NCBI GenBank assembly: GCA_038239145.1
Contig: JBBSFB010000002.1
Coordinates: forward strand, 4,456 to 68,455
Origin: Acidimicrobiia bacterium
GTDB lineage: Bacteria > Actinomycetota > Acidimicrobiia > IMCC26256 > PALSA-610
Reading direction: 5' to 3'
Length of the DNA: 64,000 nt
Under the pieces are notes generated by a model. That model was not told the origin of the DNA. It saw nothing but the letters and a program-made list of their open reading frames with translations, and did not search any database. Of the stretch, positions 44,615 to 56,453 are shown piece after piece; position 1 is the first letter of the stretch; each line of letters starts with the position of its first letter. A program made the translations under genes and the position numbers.

Positions 44615-44641
44615 GCATCGGCACGCGACGCCGAAAACTGA
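44615..44641 (-). promoter_or_regulatory. Putative sigma28/WhiG-type promoter of the MshEN-type gene
   Basis: Minus strand TCAG-N15-GCCGATGC, 19 nt before the ATG. Confidence 0.6.
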
Positions 44642-44669
44642 CGCCTTCGCACTGCCCGCCGGCCGGCAC

Positions 44670-46223
<1,554 letters not shown>

Positions 46224-46254
46224 CGCCTCGTCCTTGTCTCGAGCGCGGATCTGA

Positions 46255-46884
46255 TCACACGCCGAAGCCGGCGGCGCGCACGATGGCGACCGCGGCGGGA
46301 TCGCCGTCGAGCGTGACCGCTGCGGCTTCCTTCCGTCCCGACATGTACAAGGCGAGCTCGCCGGGAGGGCCGGTCATCCTCACCGGGCCGCCGTCAGTGG
46401 AGACGACCCGCTCGCGGCCGTCGGGCGTGCGCAGCGTGAGCGCGGCTCCGCGCACCGCCTTCTTCGACATCCGGGCACCGAACCCGAGCATCTTCCACAG
46501 GATCGCATCCATCTCGGGATCGAGCGCGCGCGGCCCCTCGCCCGAAGCGCGCCGCACGTCCTCGTGGTGGATGAAGTTCTCGTTCACGTTCGCCGTAGCG
46601 AGGGGTCCGGTGCGATGCATCCACGGCGGACCGCTCCGCAGGCTTGCGATCAGCGGGCCGTAACCCTTCTGCTTGTACTTGTCCATCACCTTCTGCAGGT
46701 GCCCGGCCAGGGGTGGGACGACCAGCCCGAGCGCGGCATCGGAACGCGCTTCCCGGGCCATGAGATGCGCGGCGACGTCGAGGGTGACCCATCCTGTGCA
46801 CAGGGTCGGCGCATCGGGACCGTATTTTTCCAGCGTGTCGCAGAGCGCCGCCCGCTCCTTCAACAGCACTTCGGTGGCAGCCAT
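46255..46884 (-). CDS. TIGR03085 / MDMPI-superfamily metal-binding protein
   Basis: ERAALCD, PTLCTGW..VAAHL, FIHHEDVRRA. Confidence 0.85.
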   Translation of the reverse strand: MAATEVLLKERAALCDTLEKYGPDAPTLCTGWVTLDVAAHLMAREARSDAALGLVVPPLAGHLQKVMDKYKQKGYGPLIASLRSGPPWMHRTGPLATANVNENFIHHEDVRRASGEGPRALDPEMDAILWKMLGFGARMSKKAVRGAALTLRTPDGRERVVSTDGGPVRMTGPPGELALYMSGRKEAAAVTLDGDPAAVAIVRAAGFGV

Positions 46885-46886
46885 GA

Positions 46887-47273
46887 TTACTCCTCGTAGA
46901 ACCTGAGCTCGATCGTGTTGCCGTCGGGGTCCTGTATATACACGCTCGACGCGTACCCCTGGGCCCCGAACAGACCGTCGGCGCGGTTTGCGCCCGGGAA
47001 GCGCGCCGCCAGCGCGTCGAGGTCGGTCGGCTCGATCACGAGGCAGATGTGGCCCATGTTCACGCCGGTGGGCGCGGCCGGGAAGAGGTCGATGAGTGTG
47101 TCCGGGGTGACCCGGACCGAGGGGAACAGCACCTCGCCCCGCCGCCATTCGTCGACCCGCACCGGCTCGAGTCCGAGCTCCCCGCAATAGAACGCCAGCA
47201 GCACCTCGGCATTGACGGTGTTGATGACGACGTGGTCGAACCCGACGACCTTCATGGCGGGTAAGCCCTTCAT
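46887..47273 (-). CDS. VOC/glyoxalase family protein
   Basis: FDHVV, FPSVRV, HICL, YIQDPDGNTIELR. Start 47273 or 47255. Confidence 0.88.
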   Translation of the reverse strand: MKGLPAMKVVGFDHVVINTVNAEVLLAFYCGELGLEPVRVDEWRRGEVLFPSVRVTPDTLIDLFPAAPTGVNMGHICLVIEPTDLDALAARFPGANRADGLFGAQGYASSVYIQDPDGNTIELRFYEE

Positions 47274-47392
47274 ACCGCGCAGGTTACGTCAGCCCACGTG
47301 ACCGACGATCCGGAATCGGGAACCTTTCGAGTGCCGGTCGCGTCAAGGAGGCTGTGATCGCGGTGCACGACCAGCCGACCGACGCGGTCGGG

Positions 47393-47755
47393 ATGAGCGA
47401 GCCGACGGCCGAGGTCCGGGCGGTGGAACCGACCACCTACGAGACTGGCAACGAGACGGGCGACGAGACCGTGCGCTTCCACCTGTCGAGCGCGCTACGG
47501 CTTGCCCGCATGCTGGTCGGCAACCAGTCGGTGGCCCGAGGACATCGCCGCCGAATCGGTCGCCCGTCTTCTGGCAGCCCGCCGGCGCGTCCACATCGCG
47601 AACGCGGATGCCTACCTCCGGCGAATCGTCGTCAACCAGGGTCGTCGTCAACCAGGGTCGTCGGCAACCAGCGACGGTTCGCGACGGAGCGAACGTTCGG
47701 TCACCGCGTCGCGGTCGACACGACCGTGCCCGAGACGACGACGAGCGCGCCCTGA
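47393..47755 (+). pseudogene. Frameshifted, truncated ECF sigma factor (region 2 only)
   Basis: ALRLARMLVGNQSVA, then an extra C at about 47537, then EDIAAES..AYLRRIVVNQ. 16-bp duplication at 47626-47657. Stops before region 4. Confidence 0.75.
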
Positions 47756-47801
47756 GGTCGGGCTCCGCACGCGCAGAGCCCGACGTGTAACGCGCGACTG
47801 A

Positions 47802-49979
47802 TCAGAGGATGAAGAGCATCTCCTGGTAGGTCGGCAAGGGCCACAGGTCGTCGGCGACGAAGGTCTCCAGCGCGTCGGCCGCGGCTCGCACGGACGCCAT
47901 CGCCGGCAGCAACCCCGCTCCCGCGTGCTTCGCCTCTTCCTCGACCGTCGCATCGCCGTCGTGTCCCAGCTCGGTACGAAGGATTGCGATAGCGGAGCGG
48001 AGGCTCGCCATCGCGTCCGAGACTTCGTCGAGCGTGGAGGTGTCGCCCTCGATACCGATCGTCCGCAGGCTCGCGATGTTGCCGGCCAGCTCGGTCTGGT
48101 ACCGCAACGCGGCCGGCAACACGACGGTATTGGCGATCTCCAGCGTCAACCGGGCTTCGACACCGATGCTCAACGCGTACTGTTCCATCGCGACGTCGTA
48201 ACGACTGTGCATCTCGCGCGGGCTGAACACGCCGTAGTGGTCGAAGAGCTCCATAGAAGCGTCGGTGATCAGTTCGGGTAGCGCGTCGAGTGTCGTGCGG
48301 AGGTTCGGGAGCCCACGCGCCGCGGCCTCGACCTGCCACTCGTCGGAGTATCCGTCGCCGTTGAAGATAACGGCACCGTGCACCGTGATGATCTCCTCGA
48401 GCACCTTCTGCACCGCAACGTCGAAGGGCGTGTCGTCAGCGACGCGCGACTCGATCGCCGTGGCGATGTAATCGAGCGCCTCGGCCAGGATCGTGTTGAT
48501 CGTCACCATCGGACCCGCGATCGACTGCAGCGATCCCGGGGCACGGAACTCGAAGCGGTTCCCTGTGAAGGCGAACGGGCTCGTCCGGTTGCGATCCCCG
48601 GGGTCGGTCGGGAGCACCGGGAGCGTGTCGACGCCGATCATGAGCGTCCCCCGCTCCTTCGAGTTGGTCGCGCCGCCCTTGGCGATCTGGTCGAAGACGT
48701 CGGTCAGCTGATCGCCCAGGAAAATGGAGATGATCGCAGGGGGAGCCTCGTTCGCACCGAGCCGATGATCGTTCGTCGCCGACGCGACGGACGCCCGGAG
48801 CAGTCCGCCGAACTTGTGCACCGCTCGGATCACCGCCGCGCAGAACACCAGGAACTGCGCGTTGTCGTGCGGCGTGTCGCCCGGGAGCAACAGGTTGCCC
48901 TCGGTGGCGTTTCCGAGCGAGAAGTTGACGTGCTTCCCGGAGCCGTTGATGCCGTCGAACGGCTTCTCGTGGAACAGACATTCGAGGCCGTGCTTCTGCG
49001 CCACCTTCTTCAGCACGACCATCAACAGTTGTTGATGGTCGGTCGCGACATTCGACCGTTCGAACATCGGCGCGAGCTCGAACTGGCCGGGCGCGACCTC
49101 GTTGTGTCGGGTCTTGGCCGGAATGCCGAGCTTGAACAGTTCGCGTTCCGATTCGAGCATGAATCCCAGCACACGTTCCGGGATCGCGCCGAAGTAGTGA
49201 TCGTCGAATTCCTGACCCTTGGGCGGCTTGGCCCCGAACAAGGTACGGCCGCTGTTCAAGAGGTCGGGTCGACCGAAGAAGAAGCTCCGGTCGATCAGGA
49301 AGTACTCCTGCTCGGCGCCCGCGAACGAGACGACGGCGTCGGGGTCGTCGTGCCCGAAGAGCCGCAGCACCCGCTCTGCTTGCACGGCCATCGCCTGCTG
49401 CGACCGCAGCAGCGGGGTCTTGTGGTCGAGTGCTTCGCCGGTCATCGAGACGAACACAGTCGGGATGCAGAGCGTGTTGCCGTTTGCGTTCTCCAAGATG
49501 TACGCGGGGCTGGTCACGTCCCAACCCGTGTAGCCGCGCGCTTCGAACGTGGCCCGGAGCCCACCGTTCGGGAAGCTCGACGCGTCGGGCTCGCCCTGGG
49601 TGAGCGTCTTGCCCGCGAACTCGGCGATCGCCGAACCGTCACTGCCCGGCTCGAAGAAGCTGTCGTGCTTCTCCGCGGTGAGGCCGGTCAGTGGATAGAA
49701 GACGTGCGCGTAGTGGGTCGCGCCCTTCTCCATCGCCCAGTCCTTCATCGCCGACGCGACGATGTCGGCAACCGTGGGATCGAGAGGCTTGGAGTGTTCG
49801 ATCGTCGCCATCAGCGACTTGAAGATCGGCTTCGGGAGGCGCTGCCGCATCACCGCCTTGGTGAAGACGTTCGCACCGAACACCTCACCCGGAACTCCAG
49901 CTGTGGAGAAAAACGACAGAGGCGGCGCGAAACCTACGACGGCTTCGATCGCCTGCAGCCGGCTCTTGCTCCCGCTCAT
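47802..49979 (-). CDS. glnN: Glutamine synthetase type III
   Basis: [74 protein letters not shown]. Confidence 0.95.
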   Translation of the reverse strand: MSGSKSRLQAIEAVVGFAPPLSFFSTAGVPGEVFGANVFTKAVMRQRLPKPIFKSLMATIEHSKPLDPTVADIVASAMKDWAMEKGATHYAHVFYPLTGLTAEKHDSFFEPGSDGSAIAEFAGKTLTQGEPDASSFPNGGLRATFEARGYTGWDVTSPAYILENANGNTLCIPTVFVSMTGEALDHKTPLLRSQQAMAVQAERVLRLFGHDDPDAVVSFAGAEQEYFLIDRSFFFGRPDLLNSGRTLFGAKPPKGQEFDDHYFGAIPERVLGFMLESERELFKLGIPAKTRHNEVAPGQFELAPMFERSNVATDHQQLLMVVLKKVAQKHGLECLFHEKPFDGINGSGKHVNFSLGNATEGNLLLPGDTPHDNAQFLVFCAAVIRAVHKFGGLLRASVASATNDHRLGANEAPPAIISIFLGDQLTDVFDQIAKGGATNSKERGTLMIGVDTLPVLPTDPGDRNRTSPFAFTGNRFEFRAPGSLQSIAGPMVTINTILAEALDYIATAIESRVADDTPFDVAVQKVLEEIITVHGAVIFNGDGYSDEWQVEAAARGLPNLRTTLDALPELITDASMELFDHYGVFSPREMHSRYDVAMEQYALSIGVEARLTLEIANTVVLPAALRYQTELAGNIASLRTIGIEGDTSTLDEVSDAMASLRSAIAILRTELGHDGDATVEEEAKHAGAGLLPAMASVRAAADALETFVADDLWPLPTYQEMLFIL

Positions 49980-50072
49980 CGCACACTCCTCTGCGTGTAG
50001 TGCTTCACCGGTCAGGGCGGATCCAAGTAGACCGGACAAGCCCGTCGGCCCCACGCAGCTAACTCCGCCCGC

Positions 50073-50099
50073 GTGTCGGGCATGTTTCCGTCGAGTGAA
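50073..50099 (-). promoter_or_regulatory. GlnR-type box upstream of GSIII
   Basis: Minus strand TTCAC-N6-GAAAC-N6-GACAC fits the actinobacterial GlnR a/b-site pattern gTnAc-n6-GaAAc. Confidence 0.7.
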
Positions 50100-50106
50100 G
50101 CCCGAC

Positions 50107-50430
50107 CTAGCGTTGCGCCGCGCTCATGACTCGGGGCGCCGCGTCGGGAACATCCGGCCACAGCACGTATCCGGTATTGCGAATACAGACGATCGTGAGC
50201 CCGATCGAGCGCAGTCGACGACGCAGGCGTGAAATGCGTACGCGCAGCGCCTGTTCAGTTCCGGCGTCGGACCATGTCCCCTGCCGCAGGGCGTCGCCGT
50301 CAACGACCCTCGACCAGCTCTCGACCAACCGGCTCACGATGCGCTGATCGAGATTCGAGAGGTACCGCGCGCATCGGCGCTGACGCCGAATCCGCGCACA
50401 CTGATCCAGCTCGACCGGTGGCGCAGGACT
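50107..50430 (-). pseudogene. OmpR/PhoB-type winged-helix DNA-binding domain remnant
   Basis: LSNLDQRIVSRLV..VV..L..W..ALRVRISRLRRRL..GL.I..IRNTGYVL. No in-frame start upstream of the internal GTG at 50337. Confidence 0.6.
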
Positions 50431-50546
50431 GTGCGCACCGCGAGCAGGATGACAGCGATCAGTGCGATAAAGAACAGGGTCGACATGACCAAGACAGTTT
50501 CGCGCGTGCGAACCGGCGCTGGTAGCGTTACGACGAGGAGTATTCG

Positions 50547-50765
50547 GTGCTGACTGTGTACGGGATCGTCGTCATCACGTTCATGATGCTCATGTACGCG
50601 TTCGAGCGTCGAGGTCCCAACTTCGTCGTCGCCTTCGCCGCCGGATGCGCGCTCTCCAGCTCGTACGGTTTCCTCAGTGGGGCGTGGCCCTTCGGCGTCG
50701 TGGAAGCGATGTGGTCCGTGATCGCGCTTCGCCGCTACCTCGACCTGCGCGCCTCAGCGGGGTAG
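50547..50765 (+). CDS. Small three-TM hypothetical membrane protein (72 aa)
   Basis: GAGGAG RBS, hydrophobic, YGFLSGAWPFGVVEA.W. Confidence 0.7.
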   Translation: MLTVYGIVVITFMMLMYAFERRGPNFVVAFAAGCALSSSYGFLSGAWPFGVVEAMWSVIALRRYLDLRASAG

Positions 50766-51914
50766 GCCGAGCATCCGTTCGCCGATGATCGTGCGTTGCA
50801 CCTCGCTGGTGCCGCCCGCGATCGACGCCGCTTTCGACCACAACCACTGACGCTGCCAGAAGCCGCCACCGGGGTTGTCATCGGCGCCCCACCACAACGG
50901 CGCCGCCGCACCGACCACCTCAAGCGCGCGAGCCGAGAGGGCTTGGGTCATATCGGTCCAGGCGAGCTTGGTGACGCTCGACTCGGGTCCGGGTTCGATG
51001 CCCTTCGAGAGTCGCGACAATGTGCGCCAGTTGTGCAGACGCAGCACACGCAGCTCCACGAACGATTGCGCAAGTGCGTCGGCGATCTCGACGTCGTCGA
51101 GAATTCCCCGCGCCGCCGCGAGCTGCCACAGCTCGTCGAGATAGACCTCGTGCACCACCTGTTCCTTGAAGGGGAACGCGGTCCCGCGCTCGTGCGCAAG
51201 CGTGGTGTTCGCGACCGCCCAGCCGTTGTGCAACGCGCCGACGACCTGGTCGTCGGGGATGAACACCTCGTCGAGGAACACCTCGTTGAATTCGGCGTCG
51301 CCGGTGATCTGCACGAGCGGCCGGACCTCGATGCCCGTCGCCGTCATGTCGACCACGATGTACGAGATGCCCTTGTGCTTGGGGACGTCGGCGTCGGTCC
51401 GGGCCAGGCAGATGCCCCAGCGCGCGAACTGCGCGTACGACGTCCACACCTTCTGCCCGGAGAGCAGCCAGCCATCGTCGACGCGAACGGCTCGCGTCTT
51501 CAGCGACGCGAGATCGGAACCGGCGTCCGGCTCCGAGAACAGCTGGCACCAGATCTCGCCCGCGGTGAGGATCGGCGGGAGCCAACGCGCCTTCTGGTCG
51601 CCGGTGCCGTGCGCGAGCAGTGTGGGTCCGGCGAGATTGATCCCGACCCGGTTGATCGGTTGGAGCGCACGTGAGCGGGCGTACTCCATGTTGAAGATCG
51701 CAACCTCCACCGGCGATGCGCTCCGACCGCCGTACGCCGAAGGCCAATGGATACCGACCCAACGGGCCGCGGCGAGGCGGGCCTGCCAGCGCCGCCCGAA
51801 CTCGACCTCGTCGGCGATGTTCTCGAAGCGGGGCGGTACCTCGACGTTGGCGGCGAGCCAACCCCGCACCTCGAGTGCGAACGCGAGCTCTTCGGGAGTG
51901 AACGAGAGATCCAC
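50754..51914 (-). CDS. Acyl-CoA dehydrogenase
   Basis: WCQLFSEPDAGSDL, GQKVWTS, FNEVF, IAGGTSEVQR. Confidence 0.92.
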   Translation of the reverse strand: MDLSFTPEELAFALEVRGWLAANVEVPPRFENIADEVEFGRRWQARLAAARWVGIHWPSAYGGRSASPVEVAIFNMEYARSRALQPINRVGINLAGPTLLAHGTGDQKARWLPPILTAGEIWCQLFSEPDAGSDLASLKTRAVRVDDGWLLSGQKVWTSYAQFARWGICLARTDADVPKHKGISYIVVDMTATGIEVRPLVQITGDAEFNEVFLDEVFIPDDQVVGALHNGWAVANTTLAHERGTAFPFKEQVVHEVYLDELWQLAAARGILDDVEIADALAQSFVELRVLRLHNWRTLSRLSKGIEPGPESSVTKLAWTDMTQALSARALEVVGAAAPLWWGADDNPGGGFWQRQWLWSKAASIAGGTSEVQRTIIGERMLGLPR

Positions 51915-51917
51915 CGG

Positions 51918-53573
51918 CTACAGATCCCAGAAAGGTTCGCGCTGGTAGCGCACGAACGACTCGTGCAACGCACGTTCGTCATCGTCAGTGAACAGTGGGT
52001 AGGCGTCGTCGCCGCGCAGTCGGACGAAGAGCTCGCCGCCGCCGACGAGATCGTGGCGGAACTTCTGCTGTACGAGCGTGCGTTTCACGACCTTGTTCGT
52101 TACGGTCGTCGGCGGGTCGTGCATCAGCCGAACGTAGCGGGGCCGCCACTTCGGGCCGATCGACTCCCGCGCGTCGAGCCCGCGCGCGAACTCGACCGGG
52201 TCGAACGACGCGTGCTCGGCGATCACGAGCCCCGCCATCACCTGATCGCCGGCCTGGTCGTCGGGCACGCCGTACAGGGCCGAGAGCACGATTCCGGGCG
52301 CCTTGCGCAGGGTGTCCTCGATCGGCCCGGCCGGGAAGTTGTCCCCGCCGACGCGGATCCAATCCGCGGTGCGCCCGGCGAAATAGAGGAAGCCGTGCTC
52401 GTCCTTGTAGCCGAGGTCGCCCGACCAGTACCAGCCGTTCCGCGTCGCTTTCTCGGTCGCGACCGAGTTGTTGTAGTAGTCCTCGAACGGCCCGACGCCC
52501 TGCGTGTTGACGATCTCGCGCACGCACTCCTCCGCGTTCTGCACGCCGCACCGTACGCGTCGATGACCTCGATGCGGTAGCGCTCGGAGAAGTTCGCGAC
52601 CACTTCCGGCGACCCTTCGTTGCCGAACGCGATGCGCAGTGAGTTCTGCGCATCGTCGGGGAGCTGCGGCTGCGCGAGCAGATACGCGAGCGGCTTTCCG
52701 GTGTAGTTGAAGTACGTGGTGCCGTACCGGCGCACGTCGGGGAGCCAACGCGACGTCGAGAACCGGCGGCCGAGGCCGACCGCGCACCGAGTGACGAGCG
52801 ACGGCGCCCACCCCACCTGCACCGCGTTCGAGTGGAAGAGCGGCATACAGACGAACCCGATGTCGTCGGCCTCGAAGCCCATGATCTTCACCACGCGATT
52901 GCCGGTCACCAGAAGCCGACGTTGCGAACAGGTGACCGCCTTGGGCGCGTCGGAGGTTCCCGAGGTGCAGATGAGCGCCCAGATCGAGTCGACGTCGGGC
53001 TCGATCCCCTGCGTCGACCGCGCCGTCGTGCACCCCGAGCACGTCGCTCAACGCCGAACCGAGCGAGGTCGCCGGAACATCGTCGTCGTCGTCGAAGCGA
53101 TCGGACATCAACACCGGCGGCAGGTCGTCGGCGACGGGCTCGAGCAACGCCGCGTGCCGGGGCTCGGTGATTGCCAAACCGCAGTGCGAGTGCTGTACGT
53201 CGCGCAGCAAATGCACGCCGCGGCGGGTGTGGTTCCGGCCGACGACGGCCGCGCCGATGAGCGCGGCGCCGCCGAACGCAAACAAGTAGTCGGGTGTGTT
53301 GTCGACCAACATCGCGACGTGGCGGGGACCGTCGGCCGGCAACTGCGCATCGAAGAGCGCCGCGAACCGCACCGACTCCGCGGAGTACTCCGCGTGCGTC
53401 CATTGGGCGTCGCCGAACTTGATCGCGACCCGGTCGCCCGACTCCTGCGCGTTGCGCCGGAGCAGCGCCGCCGCGTTCGCGGCGACGAGGGGAGCCTGGC
53501 CCGGGGCCGTCTCCGGCGCCGACCTCGGCTCCCGGCTCGGGCTCGGGCTCGGGCGCGGTATGGAAACTGACAT
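51918..53573 (-). pseudogene. Disrupted acyl-CoA synthetase (FadD1/FadD17-like)
   Basis: Extra G in the run at 53006-53009 shifts the frame before TSGTS..PKA. Out-of-frame deletion near 52547 joins DAYGA to VQNAEE. Several conserved motifs are mutated. Confidence 0.8.
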
Positions 53574-53582
53574 CGGCGTCAG
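53567..53582. promoter_or_regulatory. Operator CTGACA-N4-CGTCAG (site 4)
   Basis: One mismatch. Directly after minus-strand -10 TAGTCT and just upstream of plus-strand -10 TAAGCT, between divergent operons. Confidence 0.7.
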
Positions 53583-53606
53583 AGACTACGCGTAAGCTCC
53601 CCGCCG

Positions 53607-54458
53607 ATGAGCGTTGACCTGACGGGCGCAGCCGACCTGCATTGCCACTTCGGGCCCGACCCCCACCGCGAGCGATCCGTCGACGCGTTCGAGGCCGCGG
53701 GCGAGGCGGGCGCCGCCGGGCATCGGGCCGTGGTGCTGAAGTCGCACGACTCCCCTACCGCGTCGCTCGCCTGGGCCGTGCAACGGGAGGTCGGCGACAC
53801 GATCTCGGTGTTCGGGGGCATCTCCTGCGATCGCGAGGTGGGAGGCGTGAATCCCGCCGCGGTGGAGGTCGCGCTCGGCCTCGGCGCCCGCATCGTGTGG
53901 CTGCCGACCCTCAGCAGCCGCCAGGACTTCGACAACGGCATTGCCGCCCAGCTGGGCATTCCCGGTCCCGGTCTCGTCGTCACCGACGCCAACGACCAGC
54001 TCCTCCCGGAGACGCGCGAGATCCTGGCGCTGGTGAAAGACCACGACGCGATCCTGGCGACGGGCCACGTCAGCGCGGCCGAGCACTACGCGGTCGTGCA
54101 CGAGTTCGCGCGTACCGGCCGGGTGATCGTCACCCACGCGACCGAAGACCTCGCGGGCCCGAACCTCAGCGCCGCCCAATGCCGCGAGCTGGCCGATCTC
54201 GGGGCCTGGATCGAGCTCTGCGCGATGACGTGTATCGGTGGGCTCGCCACCCGTACCGTCGGCGAGATGGTGACGACGATCGGTGCCGTCGGCGTGGAGC
54301 GCGTGACCTTGGGAACCGACTTCGGCCAGAAGATCAACCCCCATCCGGCGGCCGGATTGCAGACCTACGCTGATGCCCTGTACGCAGAAGGCATGACCGA
54401 GGCCGAGATCAGGCAGATGGCGTGCGCCAACCCCTGCGAGCTGTTGGGAGTCGAGTAG
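53607..54458 (+). CDS. DUF6282 family amidohydrolase-like TIM-barrel protein
   Basis: DLHCHFGPD, LKSH, GGVNP.AV, VWLPT, ATGH, VTH, GTDFGQ, ANP..L. Confidence 0.8.
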   Translation: MSVDLTGAADLHCHFGPDPHRERSVDAFEAAGEAGAAGHRAVVLKSHDSPTASLAWAVQREVGDTISVFGGISCDREVGGVNPAAVEVALGLGARIVWLPTLSSRQDFDNGIAAQLGIPGPGLVVTDANDQLLPETREILALVKDHDAILATGHVSAAEHYAVVHEFARTGRVIVTHATEDLAGPNLSAAQCRELADLGAWIELCAMTCIGGLATRTVGEMVTTIGAVGVERVTLGTDFGQKINPHPAAGLQTYADALYAEGMTEAEIRQMACANPCELLGVE

Positions 54459-54943
54459 TGCCGCACATCACCGTTCCCGAAGGAAAGGCCGATCCCGAGG
54501 TACGGGTCTGGGCCCTGCGCCCCGACATGGGCATCGGCGCAGGCGCGCTGAGTCACGCGATCTACGACCAGAGCATCGTCCCCGTGCGCGAGCGTGAGCT
54601 CGCGCGTATGCGCATCGCCCAGATCAACGGATGCGTGATCTGTCAGCAGTGGCGCGCGACGCCCGGAGCCGAAGGCGCGGTCACCGAGAACGACTACGCG
54701 CATGTGCTCGAGTGGCGGACCCACGATGGTTACTCGGCTCGCGAACGGCTCGCAGTCGACTACGCGGAAAAGTTCGCGCTCGACCATCACAGCATCGACG
54801 CCACGTTCTACGACGAGATGCGCGCCGCCACGTTCACCGACGCCGAGATCCTCGATCTGACCGTGTGCATCGGCGGCTGGCTCGCGCTCGGGCGCACGCT
54901 CCACGTGCTCGGTCTCGACGACGCCTGCAAGATCACCCACTAG
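54458..54943 (+). CDS. Carboxymuconolactone decarboxylase/AhpD-like protein
   Basis: RELARMRIAQINGCVIC CxxC motif, ERLAVDYAE. Confidence 0.85.
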   Translation: MPHITVPEGKADPEVRVWALRPDMGIGAGALSHAIYDQSIVPVRERELARMRIAQINGCVICQQWRATPGAEGAVTENDYAHVLEWRTHDGYSARERLAVDYAEKFALDHHSIDATFYDEMRAATFTDAEILDLTVCIGGWLALGRTLHVLGLDDACKITH

Positions 54944-54947
54944 CCCG

Positions 54948-55781
54948 ATGGGCGACCTCGCCGCCGATACCGCCGTTCACGGAAGTGTCGGCCGTTACTC
55001 CGCCCGGTTGTCGCGCGACTGGGAGATCTGGGGACCGAATGGCGGGTACATCGCCGCGATCGCGCTGCGGGCCGCGGGCCGGCACTCGCAGTTCGGTCGG
55101 CCGGTCAGCATCTCCGGTCATTTCGTCGGTGTCGCCACGTTCGACGACGTGATCATCACCGTCACGACGGTACGGCTGTCCGAGCGGGCCGAGTCGATGC
55201 GGGTCTCGATGAAGCAGGGCTCGCACGCGATCTTCGAGGCACTCGTGTGGACGTGCGCGCCGATGGAGGGCCTCGAACACGAATTGGCGCTCAGCCCCGC
55301 CGACTACGAACCCGAATCGGTTCCGTCGACCGCGCAGCGCATGGCGCAGGCGGGGATCGATTCCGTCTACCGGTTCTGGGCGAACCTCGACGAACGTTCG
55401 AACGACTGGATCTCGGGCGAGGCGTGGCTCGACCGCACGCCCGAGTACCCGTCGTTCGAACGCTGGTACCGGTTCCTGCCGACCTCGACGTTCGACGACC
55501 TCTGGGTCGACGCGTGCCGCTCGCTCATCCTCATCGACACGCTCGGATGGCCTGCGGTCTGTCGGCTCCACATCGACGACGCCTACATCGCGCCGAGCAT
55601 CGACATCACATGCACGTTCCACCGCGCCCGCATCCAAGAGCCCTGGTTGTACGCACAGGCGACGTCGGTGAGCGCAAACGCCGGCATCGTCGGCTGCGAA
55701 GGCAAGGTCTGGGCGCGCGACGGCGCGCTGCTTGCGATGGGTACCAGCCAACTCCTGTGCCGGCCGATCCCGGCCTCCTGA
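54948..55781 (+). CDS. Acyl-CoA thioesterase (TesB-like double hot-dog)
   Basis: WEIWGPNGGY, APSIDI..FH, VWARDGALLA..SQ. Confidence 0.85.
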   Translation: MGDLAADTAVHGSVGRYSARLSRDWEIWGPNGGYIAAIALRAAGRHSQFGRPVSISGHFVGVATFDDVIITVTTVRLSERAESMRVSMKQGSHAIFEALVWTCAPMEGLEHELALSPADYEPESVPSTAQRMAQAGIDSVYRFWANLDERSNDWISGEAWLDRTPEYPSFERWYRFLPTSTFDDLWVDACRSLILIDTLGWPAVCRLHIDDAYIAPSIDITCTFHRARIQEPWLYAQATSVSANAGIVGCEGKVWARDGALLAMGTSQLLCRPIPAS

Positions 55782-55790
55782 GAAAGACCG

Positions 55791-56453
55791 ATGGAAGACC
55801 GCATCACGCCCGGACTCTACCTGGAGATGACCGATCTCCCGATCGCCGACTACGTACGCGACCGCGTTCCCGTCGTGCTCCGGCGCGCAGGTGCGCAACG
55901 GGCGACGTGGTGGCGCAACGTGAAGCGCGGGCGTACAGACCTGCCTGCCGTGCTCCCCGAGTTCGGCCATCTGGCCGTGTACGAGGTCGACGTCACCTTC
56001 GCGGCGCCCGAGCCGGTCGACGAGATCAGGAGCCACCATTTCCGCCACTACCGCCGCCCGGGCCAAGGCATCGTGAGCGGCCGCCCGACACTCGGGCTCT
56101 CCTTGGTGCTCATCTCACCGAAGGACGAGTCCCGAGCCCAGGAGCTGCGGGACTGGGGCGACTTCGTCCACATCCGTCACATCGCCGAAGCGGCCGTTCC
56201 CGGGTACTGCATGATCACGCCGTATGAGAACGTCAGCGGCGGAGATCCCCGGTTCATGCACTTCTACGAGATGGACACCGACGATCCCGAAACCGCGTTC
56301 AAGTCGATGACCCCACTCGTCGCGCAGCGCATCGGCGCCGACACCACCGATGCGTTCCGCCACTGGGCGCGTGGCCCCAGCCTGCGAATCATGTACGTGA
56401 ACTCGTTCGCACGGGTCGGAACCAGCGACACGAACGGCCCGAGCGGCGCATGA
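55791..56453 (+). CDS. Hypothetical protein, tandem EthD/DUF4286-like alpha-beta barrel
   Basis: Two units ending LAVYEVD and FMHFYEMD. DW.D.VHI..I..VPG motif. Confidence 0.6.
   Translation: MEDRITPGLYLEMTDLPIADYVRDRVPVVLRRAGAQRATWWRNVKRGRTDLPAVLPEFGHLAVYEVDVTFAAPEPVDEIRSHHFRHYRRPGQGIVSGRPTLGLSLVLISPKDESRAQELRDWGDFVHIRHIAEAAVPGYCMITPYENVSGGDPRFMHFYEMDTDDPETAFKSMTPLVAQRIGADTTDAFRHWARGPSLRIMYVNSFARVGTSDTNGPSGA

Noticed and set aside
47275-47346. Extra operator sites upstream of the VOC gene
   Set aside because: Only a half-site (CGTCAG at 47287) and a three-mismatch site (47331-47346); too weak to call.
50444-50470. sigma28-like GCAG-N15-TGCGATAA
   Set aside because: Both boxes deviate, it lies in a decayed region, and the first ATG after it opens only a 22-codon ORF.
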